Assembly (NCBI GenBank): GCA_038823825.1
Contig: JAWBCC010000001.1
Coordinates: 431,421-463,420 of the forward strand
From: Candidatus Hadarchaeales archaeon
Lineage (GTDB): Archaea; Hadarchaeota; Hadarchaeia; Hadarchaeales; Hadarchaeaceae
Direction of reading: 5' to 3'
DNA: 32,000 bases
The position numbers and the translations under genes are program-made. Position 1 is the stretch's first letter; each line of letters opens with the position of its first letter. Below, in pieces: positions 17,214-26,600 of the stretch. The notes beneath the pieces were generated by a model. That model made no database searches and was not told the DNA's origin. It was given only the letters and a program-made list of their open reading frames with translations.

Positions 17214-17785
17214 TTTAGCACCTCCACTATATTCTCTACAGCCTCATTTAACCTCCCCTCACGGTTCTGAACGATCTTTATCGCGGCTCCGGTGAAAGCG
17301 GCATATGCCATTGCTATGGCTCTGTTCATCTGCTGATGCTCGTCTATTTCCTCGAGTCTGTCCTGGTCTCGCATTCTGTCCATATCTTTCTGTCTTCTAC
17401 CAAATATCTCGGCCGGTTCTGCTTCAACGAGTATCAAAACATCTGGCCTCAATTCTTCTAGCACCCAAACAGGAAGACCTGGATAATATCCCTCGGGCTT
17501 TTTTATCAAGCAATGCGTGTCCACGATCACATTTGATTCCTCTGCCATCTTCGCGATTTTTTTCCCAGCTTCCCTCTGAATCTTCCGATAAACCAAGGTC
17601 CCTATTTTTCTCATTTCATCTCTGTGTTTAACGCCAAGTTTTTCCGACATTATCTCGAACATAACATCTCCGTAATTGACCACCTTATACTTTACACCCA
17701 TTGTTTCAAGCCTTCTGAGAGCTTCTCTCATCACCGTTGTCTTCCCACTTCCCGGCACTCCTGTTATTACCACAACTCTATTCAC
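17210..17785 (-). CDS. adkA: Archaeal-type adenylate kinase AdkA
   Basis: 191 aa; VVITGVPGSGKTTVMREALRRLE... IVDTHCLIKKPEGYYPGLPVWVLEELRPDVLILVEAEPAEI. Confidence 0.95.
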   Translation of the reverse strand: MNRVVVITGVPGSGKTTVMREALRRLETMGVKYKVVNYGDVMFEIMSEKLGVKHRDEMRKIGTLVYRKIQREAGKKIAKMAEESNVIVDTHCLIKKPEGYYPGLPVWVLEELRPDVLILVEAEPAEIFGRRQKDMDRMRDQDRLEEIDEHQQMNRAIAMAYAAFTGAAIKIVQNREGRLNEAVENIVEVLK

Positions 17786-19115
17786 CGAATAACCTCCTGA
17801 CAGCGGGGAACATTTCCGCCAACTGTTCTCTCGCCATTTGTTCGTAGAGAGAGTATATTATTCCGACAGTCAGAAGAATGCCTGTTCCGCTGCCGGGTGT
17901 TCCCAGCATGTCTGCACCCAGCGAAATCAATGCAACTGCTAGCGAACCGAGTATGGTCGCAGGTATTAGGTATTTTCCGATGACTGCCTCAAGGACTTTT
18001 GGGTCCTTTCTGTACCCTGGAATCGTCATGCCGGATTCATCGAGTTGCTGTGCGATGTCCTTCGGCGACATTCCGGTCATATATATCCACATCAAACCAA
18101 AAGCTACGGATAGGGAAATCAAAAGAATTCCATAAATTAAAATCCTGAGTGGATTAGCCAGGACGTCCCACACGCCGTTTGGTGGATGTACAAAATTGCT
18201 TAACCACTGCGCTCCGACCAGAGATGAGAATAGCCTTATGTTTGCGAAAATCGTCATGGCAAGGATAACTGGAATATTCGAGGTGTAGAGGAACTTTATC
18301 GGATATCTTCCTCTCATTCCTCCGTATTTTGCCAGCGTCACGGGCACCTCCACCCTAACACTTTCGAGATATACCACGACCAGAAAGATTAGGATAACTC
18401 CAACAACGCCCATCATATTGACTGGGCCTGGCGCAAAGAATGCGCTGAGTGGATTCTCTCCTGCCATCACGTCCCTTATAAAAACTGGTATCGCTCCGGT
18501 CCTCAAATTGAAAGTCTGCCAGAATACTGTCATCGCAACTCCTCCGGCTATGAAAAGACTGACCCCACTGCCAAATCCATATTTCGAGACAATTTCATCG
18601 AGATATATGACAATTATTCCACCTAGCGTTAGTTGGGCGACTATGGCAATTCCGGCTAAACTCGTAAGCTTTACGCCATATCTCCCAGCTAGAACAAGCA
18701 TGGTTCCCTCAAATATTGCCATCAGAATCGCCAGAAGCTTCTGAGAACTCGTAAACACTGCCCTATCTTGTGAATCGGATAGATCCAGGTTGATTATCTT
18801 ACTCCCTACGAGCAACTGCATTATAATGCCGGCAGTGACTATCGGGCCTATACCTAACTCCATCAAGGTTCCAGTCTGACTAGCGAACACAAACCTGAGC
18901 TGGCCGAGCAGTTCGCTAACTCCGAAACCCTTAGGTATCCCGTAAAGCGGAATCTGTGCCATGACGAAAAAAAGAACAAGAGCAAGAATCGTCCAAAAGA
19001 ACTTCTCTTTAAACGAAACGTGACGCTTTGGAACCGAAATCTCCGGAAGTTTTCTTAAAATGGGTTCAAAAGCGTAAAGCTTCGAGCGTGGCTTTTCGGT
19101 TTCCTCCGCCATCAT
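17778..19115 (-). CDS. secY: Preprotein translocase subunit SecY
   Basis: 445 aa with multiple TMs; VAQLTLGGIIVIYLDEIVSKYGFGSGVSLFI, RGRYPIKFLYTSNIPVILA. Confidence 0.97.
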   Translation of the reverse strand: MMAEETEKPRSKLYAFEPILRKLPEISVPKRHVSFKEKFFWTILALVLFFVMAQIPLYGIPKGFGVSELLGQLRFVFASQTGTLMELGIGPIVTAGIIMQLLVGSKIINLDLSDSQDRAVFTSSQKLLAILMAIFEGTMLVLAGRYGVKLTSLAGIAIVAQLTLGGIIVIYLDEIVSKYGFGSGVSLFIAGGVAMTVFWQTFNLRTGAIPVFIRDVMAGENPLSAFFAPGPVNMMGVVGVILIFLVVVYLESVRVEVPVTLAKYGGMRGRYPIKFLYTSNIPVILAMTIFANIRLFSSLVGAQWLSNFVHPPNGVWDVLANPLRILIYGILLISLSVAFGLMWIYMTGMSPKDIAQQLDESGMTIPGYRKDPKVLEAVIGKYLIPATILGSLAVALISLGADMLGTPGSGTGILLTVGIIYSLYEQMAREQLAEMFPAVRRLFGE

Positions 19116-19552
19116 TAGTCACCGGTTGAAACCCGTCCACCAGCCTCCTCTATTTTTCTTCTGGCCTCGCTAGAGATTTTATCGGCTATTATCTCCATCG
19201 GGTGTTTGACTTCACCTCCACCCAAAACCTTCGAAAACCCAAGCTTCCTAACATCTATTTTATAGATATCTCCCTCCTTGGTCGCGAGCCCCTTTTCGAC
19301 AAGCTCCTCTATTCTCTCATCGAGCTCTCCCACATTCACCGCTTCCTGCTCCCTTCTGGTAGGCGGAAAGAACCCGTGCTTTCCGAAATAATCCGGCGCG
19401 TAGTGGATTATGTATGACCACTTATGTTTGTGACCACCCGCCATTCCTTTACCGCCCCTCTCGCCGCTACCTCTTCCCCGCTTCGCACATCCTCTCCCGT
19501 GTGTCCTGCTGCCCCTCTTTTTCTTCACTTTCTTCCTTCTTCTTACAACCAT
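19115..19552 (-). CDS. rplO: 50S ribosomal protein L15 (uL15)
   Basis: GSRTHGRGCAKRGRGSGERGGKGMAGGHKHKWSYIIHYAPDYFGKHGF. Confidence 0.95.
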   Translation of the reverse strand: MVVRRRKKVKKKRGSRTHGRGCAKRGRGSGERGGKGMAGGHKHKWSYIIHYAPDYFGKHGFFPPTRREQEAVNVGELDERIEELVEKGLATKEGDIYKIDVRKLGFSKVLGGGEVKHPMEIIADKISSEARRKIEEAGGRVSTGD

Positions 19553-19561
19553 CTTTTCACC

Positions 19562-20050
19562 TCATACCATCCGTTTGATCAGATCGTTTATTTTATCTCC
19601 ACAGTAACCTAAGCTTCCACCTTCGCTCACAGATTTTTTCGTGGACTTGTACCCCTTTCGCGGAGGATGAAGACGGAAAACTCTTTTAAGGCCCGGAAGC
19701 TGTCGGATGGAGATTTTGTCCGAGCAAATTGCCTCAGCTATCTCTCGAAATGAACTGAAACCCCAAGATTTGAGGGTTTCCTCATCGATTTTTCTGTTCC
19801 CGATCAGTCGTCCTCTTTTTGCTATCAAGATTTCTAGCGTTTCCGGATTTATCTCCCCCCAAGTTATGTAATCTTTTGCCTTTTGCAACATGCCCATTAG
19901 AGACGGCGTATCATCAACGATCACGCAGTGATTTACTCTTGTTAGCCCTAACATTCTGAGAGTATCTATCACATCTCCCCTCGCCCGTATTCCTCCTCGC
20001 ACTCTAACTACTGCCAGTTTCACCGGAAACACCCGCCCTACCAATGACAA
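19562..20050 (-). CDS. rpmD: 50S ribosomal protein L30 (uL30)
   Basis: [56 protein letters not shown]. Confidence 0.95.
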   Translation of the reverse strand: MSLVGRVFPVKLAVVRVRGGIRARGDVIDTLRMLGLTRVNHCVIVDDTPSLMGMLQKAKDYITWGEINPETLEILIAKRGRLIGNRKIDEETLKSWGFSSFREIAEAICSDKISIRQLPGLKRVFRLHPPRKGYKSTKKSVSEGGSLGYCGDKINDLIKRMV

Positions 20051-20684
20051 CGTTCCTAAGCTGATCTAGGGATGCTACCCTCGTAGTGTTTTTTAGAGCG
20101 CTGAAAGTTGCGAAAGCAAAGTTAATGGTCGTACGAGTCTCCCCTTCCGTATGGGTCCAAGCATCCTTTATCCCACTAAGTCTCAGGATTATCTTTGGAA
20201 TCTCTGCCGCGACCAAACCCAGTCCTCTCGGACCGGGTTTTATTCTGATTATTGTGCTACCATTTTTTCCTTCTACTTCCCAAGGTACAGAATGTGGTCT
20301 GCCGCACCTGCACTCCCAGCTTCCACAACCGCGCGCGATCTCCGTTATGTTGAGTTTGGCGGCTGCGGTGGCCTTCCTTATGGCTTGGCTGATCTCTCTG
20401 GCTCTGCTTTTACCCACACCGATCAATCCGTCTCCATTTCCCACAACTGCGACGACCTGATATCTAGTCCTTCTCCCTGACTTGTGCATACGTTGTGTTA
20501 GATTAATGGAGAGAACTTCCTCTTTAAGATCTGGAACAAGGGCATCTACTATCTCCGGTTCCATAATTTTCTTCCCAGAGCGGAGAATCTCAGAGATGTC
20601 TTTTATTTTCCCCTCTTTAACAAGTCTGCCGAGCTCCGTTTTTGGTTCCCAAAGGTTTATGTCGAATGCTTCGCCAGGTCTCAT
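20004..20684 (-). CDS. rpsE: 30S ribosomal protein S5 (uS5)
   Basis: 226 aa; [59 protein letters not shown]. Confidence 0.96.
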   Translation of the reverse strand: MRPGEAFDINLWEPKTELGRLVKEGKIKDISEILRSGKKIMEPEIVDALVPDLKEEVLSINLTQRMHKSGRRTRYQVVAVVGNGDGLIGVGKSRAREISQAIRKATAAAKLNITEIARGCGSWECRCGRPHSVPWEVEGKNGSTIIRIKPGPRGLGLVAAEIPKIILRLSGIKDAWTHTEGETRTTINFAFATFSALKNTTRVASLDQLRNVVIGRAGVSGETGSS

Positions 20685-21274
20685 TTCAGCACGCCTCCTA
20701 GAATCTTCTCTTTAATCTCGTTAAAGTGATTTGGTAGAGCTTCGGGCGGAAGACTTCTTGCGAGATATTGAGAGAACACTCTAGCATAAAGTTGGGGATT
20801 CTCCTCCTTTAGCTTTCTGGCATACTCGGCTATGTGCTCACCTGCTATTCTCTTGTCGTCAGGAAAAAGTTCTGGATCATGAGGAATTGAAAGACCCGCA
20901 TCTAATGCACCTTTGAGAGCAGCAAAGACTCTTGCCCCTTTTGTTGGTGTGTATCTGTCAATATCCAGAACACACTCGGAAACTCCGTTGTCAAGTGCTC
21001 TCTTTGCGCATAGCAGTCCCACCAAATAGGCTGCTGGAACATTTGAGGTTCCTCCCTTCCAACCAAACTTCTGGAGCTGCTTCGAGTGAGCCTGCGCAAT
21101 GACAAAATCGCCCACAGAACCCACTCCGATCACCTGCGCCTGAACATTGTTCAGAGACCATCTAACGACGAATCTAGGTTTTCCGGATTTCAAGAGTTTC
21201 AGTCGTTTCCGATAATCCGTTTTGCCTTCCCTACGTCTGCGGAATGGAACTCTATATCTCGGACCTTTTGCCAT
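20681..21274 (-). CDS. rplR: 50S ribosomal protein L18 (uL18)
   Basis: 197 aa; [43 protein letters not shown]. Confidence 0.96.
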   Translation of the reverse strand: MAKGPRYRVPFRRRREGKTDYRKRLKLLKSGKPRFVVRWSLNNVQAQVIGVGSVGDFVIAQAHSKQLQKFGWKGGTSNVPAAYLVGLLCAKRALDNGVSECVLDIDRYTPTKGARVFAALKGALDAGLSIPHDPELFPDDKRIAGEHIAEYARKLKEENPQLYARVFSQYLARSLPPEALPNHFNEIKEKILGGVLK

Positions 21275-21281
21275 CTCGTAG

Positions 21282-21716
21282 TCACCCCTTGATTATTCCT
21301 TTTTCCCGCAAATAACGGTCCAAATGAGCCTTGCTTTTGAATGCACCCCTAGAAGCCATTCTGTATAACCTACGGTAAAGGCTCGGAGTTAAAACTCCTT
21401 GCTTTTTGAGCTCACGGAGCTTGGCTCTAAGAGGTCTAACTGTTCTTATCCATCTACGCTTGCGTGGGTCTCTAGCTCCCCTGGCCCCTTTTCTACTTCC
21501 GGGCCCCTGCTTTTTCTTTCCCCGCTCCCGGACTCTGCCTCTGCTGACGCCCTTCTCTGGTCTAGCTCTGATGTAACCCCTCTTTATAAGATTGCGAATA
21601 TCATCAGCTGTCAGGGCGGCATCTACCTCGGCGATATGTTCCGGATCTATCCAAACCCTGTTGACGCCAACACCGAGAATTCTGGCAGCCGTCCTCCTCT
21701 TCTTATCCAGCTTCAT
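21282..21716 (-). CDS. rpl19e: 50S ribosomal protein L19e
   Basis: 144 aa; [43 protein letters not shown]. Confidence 0.96.
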   Translation of the reverse strand: MKLDKKRRTAARILGVGVNRVWIDPEHIAEVDAALTADDIRNLIKRGYIRARPEKGVSRGRVRERGKKKQGPGSRKGARGARDPRKRRWIRTVRPLRAKLRELKKQGVLTPSLYRRLYRMASRGAFKSKAHLDRYLREKGIIKG

Positions 21717-21720
21717 TCAA

Positions 21721-22053
21721 TCATCCTCCTGGGTTCAAGACCTTTATTTTCCTCTCCTGGGCCACCTTCAAAATCTGGGTCTTCAGACGTTTTCCAACAG
21801 TTGAGGATATTCTGATCGCTTGCGTCGAGGGATCAACCTTCTCCAGCTCCTTCAGGTTGTGGACGAGCACCTCCTTTAGACCGCATGGATGAAGGTCCCT
21901 TTCCGATTTAGGCGAACGATATCCTATCGAAACCAGAGGAGGTTTCCCTTTTATCTGTAGCCTCATCTTGCTGTCTTTTCCTCTCGGTCGCCTCCAAGAT
22001 TCATCAAGCCGTTTGAATCTCCACCAACTTTGTCTCTTGAATTTTTTGCTCAC
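21721..22053 (-). CDS. rpl32e: 50S ribosomal protein L32e
   Basis: 110 aa; KKFKRQSWWRFKRLDESWRRPRGKDSKMR... PPLVSIGYRSPKSERDLHPCGLKEVLVHN. Confidence 0.95.
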   Translation of the reverse strand: MSKKFKRQSWWRFKRLDESWRRPRGKDSKMRLQIKGKPPLVSIGYRSPKSERDLHPCGLKEVLVHNLKELEKVDPSTQAIRISSTVGKRLKTQILKVAQERKIKVLNPGG

Positions 22054-22057
22054 GCTT

Positions 22058-22579
22058 TCACCCCTTTTCGGTTATGTAACAACCATCTTGGAAAATTCTC
22101 CGATCTCTATATCTCACGACTGTGGCTTGCTCTATGTTTGCGGCTGTCTGCCCCACGGCCTCCTTATCTATTCCGCTAACTATTATTTCATCACCTTCTA
22201 CGCGCACGGTAACGCCTTCCAATATCTCCGCCACCCTTGGGTATTTCTCTCCCAAGAAGTTATGAATCAAAACTTTGTTTCCCTTCACCTCCACTTTTAT
22301 CGGGAAGTGAGAATAAACTATCCTCAACTTATACGTATACCCATCCGTGACACCCTTAATCATGTTTCTCAAATGAGCCTTTATCGTTCCTACGGCCGCC
22401 TTCAGTTTTCTTTTCGGAGATGGCGCCTCTATCACAACAGTTCCATTTCCCTGTTTGATGACGACCTCGGGAAAACCGAAAGTCTTCTTTATGGAACCCT
22501 TCTTCCCGCTGACCTCGACTGTGTTTCCCTCAATTTTGACCTGGATGCCCTCTGGGATTTTCACAACATCTCTTATCAT
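22058..22579 (-). CDS. rplF: 50S ribosomal protein L6 (uL6)
   Basis: 173 aa; VKIPEGIQVKIEGNTVEVSGKKGSIKKTF... THLRNMIKGVT-like segment AHLRNMIKGVTDGYTYKLRIVYSHFPIKV. Confidence 0.96.
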   Translation of the reverse strand: MIRDVVKIPEGIQVKIEGNTVEVSGKKGSIKKTFGFPEVVIKQGNGTVVIEAPSPKRKLKAAVGTIKAHLRNMIKGVTDGYTYKLRIVYSHFPIKVEVKGNKVLIHNFLGEKYPRVAEILEGVTVRVEGDEIIVSGIDKEAVGQTAANIEQATVVRYRDRRIFQDGCYITEKG

Positions 22580-22669
22580 AGCCCTATACCTTCCGCTATT
22601 TCGTGTCTGTTTATTAAAAAGACTGTTGCTCCCGGTCTATTTGCAGGTTCTTTGGCTTTTCACGCTAAT

Positions 22670-23140
22670 ATGAGAAGTATTAAAGTAGCTGGAACCCAGT
22701 TTTGGTGGATTCGGATGGAGAGAAAACATGCGTGGAGTATAACTTTCACTTTGCTTTTTGCGTTGTTGATTGCGTTTCCCGTTTCATGTCTGCTGTCCGC
22801 TCTTTTTCCGATAACTGGCAGAATAACGCTCTCGGTAAGCGTTGAAGCCAAGAGGGTTGAGAATGCTGTTATCTTCATCGTGCGGCACACTGGAGGAGGT
22901 TGTTTATATTTTGATCTCGCAAAAAACCCGGACAAACTTATGGAAGGAGAAGTCTTGTTTTCTGACGGAAGTAAAATGAAAATTGTGAATTGGACTTTTG
23001 AGCGGCCAGATCGCTTCTGTGAGGGCGATCTTGCTTGGGCCAAGGCAGATATTTCGGAGAATCTCCGTGAGGATATTTTTGTAAAAATATGGATCGATGG
23101 AGTTGGAACTGTTTTCAGCGGATTCGTAACCATAAAGTAA
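22670..23140 (+). CDS. Membrane-anchored secreted protein resembling archaeal type IV pilin-like (DUF1628-like) proteins
   Basis: The 3' part of the 390-aa ORF 21968..23140. Internal ATG at 22670 (or 22715, MERKHAWSITF) gives an N-terminal TM plus a beta-rich domain: ENAVIFIVRHTGGGCLYFDLAKN... FCEGDLAWAKADISENLREDIFVKIWIDGVGTVFSGFVTIK. The 5' portion is antisense to uL6/eL32 and is taken as spurious. Confidence 0.6.
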   Translation: MRSIKVAGTQFWWIRMERKHAWSITFTLLFALLIAFPVSCLLSALFPITGRITLSVSVEAKRVENAVIFIVRHTGGGCLYFDLAKNPDKLMEGEVLFSDGSKMKIVNWTFERPDRFCEGDLAWAKADISENLREDIFVKIWIDGVGTVFSGFVTIK

Positions 23141-23168
23141 AAAAGCATGTTTTCAGTAGTAGTAAATT

Positions 23169-23290
23169 GGCTGGCGGCCAAAGCGGCGGGGAAACACCCG
23201 GTCCCGTCCGATCCCGGAAGTTAAGCCCGCCTGCGTTCTGGACGGTACTGTGGTGCGCGAGCCCACGGGAAGTCCGGAACGCTGCCAGCC
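23169..23290 (+). rRNA. rrf: 5S ribosomal RNA
   Basis: GGCTGGCGGCC...GGGGAAACACCCGGTCCCGTCCGATCCCGGAAGTTAAGCCCGCC...GCCAGCC. Terminal stem GGCTGGC (23169-23175) pairs with GCCAGCC (23284-23290); the 5S core GATCCCGGAAGTTAAGC is present. Confidence 0.95.
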
Positions 23291-23337
23291 TCTTAAAATC
23301 GTCGATAGAACATTAGCAAACGTCTTCGCAAACCATT

Positions 23338-23466
23338 TCAAATTGCTTTGACTTTTTTCACTATTTTTGGTCTGAGCTTGATGAAGATTTTCTTCTTGCA
23401 GTGGGTACAGCTCAATCCTTCCGGAAGCTTCTCGTATGTTTTTCCACAGTTCTGACATTTCCACAT
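23338..23466 (-). CDS. rpoP: DNA-directed RNA polymerase subunit P (Rpo12), 42 aa
   Basis: My manual minus-strand translation from ATG 23466: MWKCQNCGKTYEKLPEGLSCTHCKKKIFIKLRPKIVKKVKAI, stop TGA at 23338. It has the C4 zinc ribbon and the RPKIVKKVKAI C-terminus characteristic of Rpo12. Below the ORF-track length cut-off; the track instead lists a different frame, 23153..23464. Confidence 0.93.
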   Translation of the reverse strand: MWKCQNCGKTYEKLPEGLSCTHCKKKIFIKLRPKIVKKVKAI

Positions 23467-23529
23467 ATTCGTCCTTCCCTTCTTTGGCCAGAGAAATTTA
23501 AAGGTTTGGAAATAAAAAAGATTAGTTGG

Positions 23530-23607
23530 GCCCTGGTGGTGTAGCCGGGACTAACATGCAGGCCTGTCGAGCCTGCGCCCCGGGTTCAAATCCCGGCCAG
23601 GGCGCCA
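23530..23607 (+). tRNA. tRNA-Asp (anticodon GTC), 3' CCA encoded
   Basis: Acceptor GCCCTGG/CCAGGGC, anticodon arm CAGGC-CTGTCGA-GCCTG, T arm CCGGG-TTCAAAT-CCCGG, discriminator G, CCA at 23605-23607. Confidence 0.95.
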
Positions 23608-23650
23608 AATCTTGAATTCTGCCCAGTTTGACAGTTTTACTTTTCCGATG

Positions 23651-26600
23651 TCATCGGCTAGAACGACGTTTTCGTTTTCTACGCTTCATCCTCGGGAGGC
23701 GATAGATTTTCCAAAAAACTGCTAGCGCAGCAATCGATACACAGCCGATAAAAATCACTATTTTATATTTTTGAACCCAGCTGGGTCCAGGCCATTCTAC
23801 AACCAGCTGTCTCTCCGTAACATTTCCCGCTCTGTCAACAATTTTGAGAAGAAATAGGTTAAGGCCTTCTGAGAGCTGAAGGTCCACGTTGAATATACCA
23901 TTTTCATCTGCCAATACCCGGAGATTGTCTATTTCGATTGTAGAACCAGGTTCCACCCTTCCCTTTAGCGTGAAAATTCTTGAAGATGATTTAAGTCTAT
24001 TTTCGTTTTCGAGTCCGAAGATTTCGATATCCGGAGGTACGGTATCCACGATTATCGAATATTTTCCTGTCTCACTTTCTCCTCCGGCATCCTTAGCCTT
24101 AAGGAGGAAAGTGAAAACTCCGTCTGGCAAGCCTTGATATGAAACATTCGTCTCGGTCGTCTGTTTCCACTCATTATCGTAATTATCCAAACGATAGAAA
24201 TACACAACAGAACTTGGACCGCCAACAGTCGACCAGTGGAACAACACATTTCTGTTTGATGAAGGAACCCCTTCCGCATGAGTTGAACTGAAAATTGTCG
24301 GCTTTTCGGGAGGAATGGTATCTACTATTATCCTCATCGTTGGAGACCAACCGCTTTCGTTTCCTAATCCGTCTTTCGCCTTCACGCGCCAGAACCAGAC
24401 ACCATCGGAAAGTGGTGGAGAAACTTGCCAACTTGTCTGTTGTATCCAGCCGGAGGTGCGATTTTCATGCGCGAAAGTGTCTACATCTGAAATTTGAAGT
24501 AGATACGAAACTGGTGGAGAGAAATCGCTAACGCCTGCCCATTCGAAAACTGGAGAGCTCGAAGATATGATATAATTCTGGGGAGGAAAAATCGGAGAAG
24601 GTACCGGTGGTGGTGTCGTGTCTACGTTCAGGACGAAGATCTGTGACCAAAAGCTTTCGTTTCCAGCGAAATCTTTTGCCTTAACACGCCAGAACCATGT
24701 GCCGTCAGAAAGGGTGGCAGACCAGCTTGTAGCAGATATCCATCCGGAATTCCAAACCTCTGGTGAAAAATTCGGATTTTTGCTTATCGAAATCATATAG
24801 CTTATTGGCGGAGAGTCATCCAAAACCTCTGACCAAGAGAAAGTAACCGTAGATGATCTTGTGCTGGAATTATTGAACGGCAAAAGCAGAGAAGGTGAGG
24901 AAGGAGGAGTAGTATCAATTGTAAAACTTCTCTGCCCTGACCAGACTCCCTCGTTTCCCGCGTTGTCTCGTGCCTTGACTTTCCAGTAATACCTGCCGTT
25001 TGGTAGCGGCGGTGTTAAAACCCAGCTGGTCGAAAGTATCCATCCAGAACTCCTATTCTCATGCTGAAAGAGAGGGTCATCGCTGACGGCAACTAAATAC
25101 ATCACTGGAAGAGAATTTTCTTGTACTCCCTGCCAAACCAAAATTGGTGCACTAGTACTCACCACTTCATTATCCAATGGTGAAATGAGATTTGGAGCAT
25201 TTGGAGGGACTGTGTCCACTCTGAAGCTCCGAATTTCTGACCAATCTCCCTCATTTCCAGCGTTGTCTCGGGCTTTTACCCTCCAGTACCAAACACCATC
25301 GCCCAGACTGGGGGACGTCCACTGATTGTTGGATATCCATCCGGAGCTGATGTTTTCATACGGAAATTCGTAATTATCGCTTATGGAAACGAGATACAAA
25401 ACCGGAAGGGAGTTTTCTACAACACTCTGCCAGCTGAAAATTGGTGTGACATTATTCGTGTTCTCACCCTCAAGCGGATTGAGGAGAACTGGTGGTGGAG
25501 GGTTTACTGTGTCCACTCTGAACCATATTTCTGAATTCTCGCTCAGAAATCTGGCGTTATCTCTCGCTTGAATGCGGGCATACCATATACCATCGGGAAG
25601 CGGTGACGTCAGCGCCCAAGTTGTGTTTTCTATCCATCCTGAATCCACGTCAACTGATGAAAAATCTGGGTCGTTATCAATCCAAAGCCTGTATAAAACT
25701 GGAGGCGAAGAACTCCATACTTCAGTCCAGCTGATAACGAATTCATTTTCTCCAATGTTTTCGCCAAGCGAAGGATAGAGAAATGTGGGTGCAAGGAGAG
25801 TTGGGATGTACGTCACAGAAATCTCGCGGATCTCTGGAGCGCTACCAAAAAGCTCCAGCCGGTATTGAAGATAACGCCCTGAAGGAAGGTTTTCGTTCTC
25901 CATTCCATTTTGATGGACAATCCAGTCCGTCCAGCCACCATCGTACGGGTTGTTGTCCATCCCTGTACGCAATTTTATCACGATTTCCGATCCGGGGGGT
26001 TTGTTAGCAATCAATCTGACATTCTTCCAGTCAGCTGTTCTGTGGCTATCGAATATGTTAGATTCAATCCAGCCCGAGACGCTTCCCGGTGAAAGAGTTA
26101 TCTTTCCGGAATTCTCCCAGATGATGTTTTCGGCTGAATAAAACCAAGCATAAGAACGAGTGAATCTTCCTACTTCTAGCTCTTTGATACCACCATCCCA
26201 GGTCGTCTGTGTCCATGTGAAGGTGGGAGCAATGACTGGTTGTTCGGGCGAAATCCCGCCGACAACAACAAGAGCAAATGGCTGAGCATCGGTTTCCGGT
26301 TCGCCCATCGGAACGTTGTAGCCTATCACCTCAATCTTGTAAATCCCGGTTGGAAATCTGTTGTTTTCTGGAGTCAGGATCACGGCTTCCTCTGTGTTTC
26401 GCCTGTCGGCTGAACCACCTGCAACCGAAAATCCTGGATTGTATCCTGCAAAAACATTGCCGAGGTAGACGTTTCCATTTGGATCCGTGACCTTCAGATC
26501 AAGATCGTTCACGAGTTGAATCGAGGCACTTGGACTCCCAGGGTAATCGGTCCAGCATAGCACAAACTTCAACGGTTGTGTGTTGTCGATTATGTTGACA

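Noticed and set aside
21968-22669. 5' two-thirds of the 390-aa plus-strand ORF
   Set aside because: Lies antisense to uL6 and eL32; only the part after 22670 is credible.
23153-23464. 103-aa minus-strand ORF
   Set aside because: Overlaps the 5S rRNA in antisense and is out of frame with the genuine RpoP reading (23338..23466).
24041-25795. Repetitive DNA considered as a CRISPR array or tandem satellite
   Set aside because: Periodicity is ~300 bp, in frame, and encodes diverged FnIII-like protein repeats; there is no short repeat/spacer pattern.
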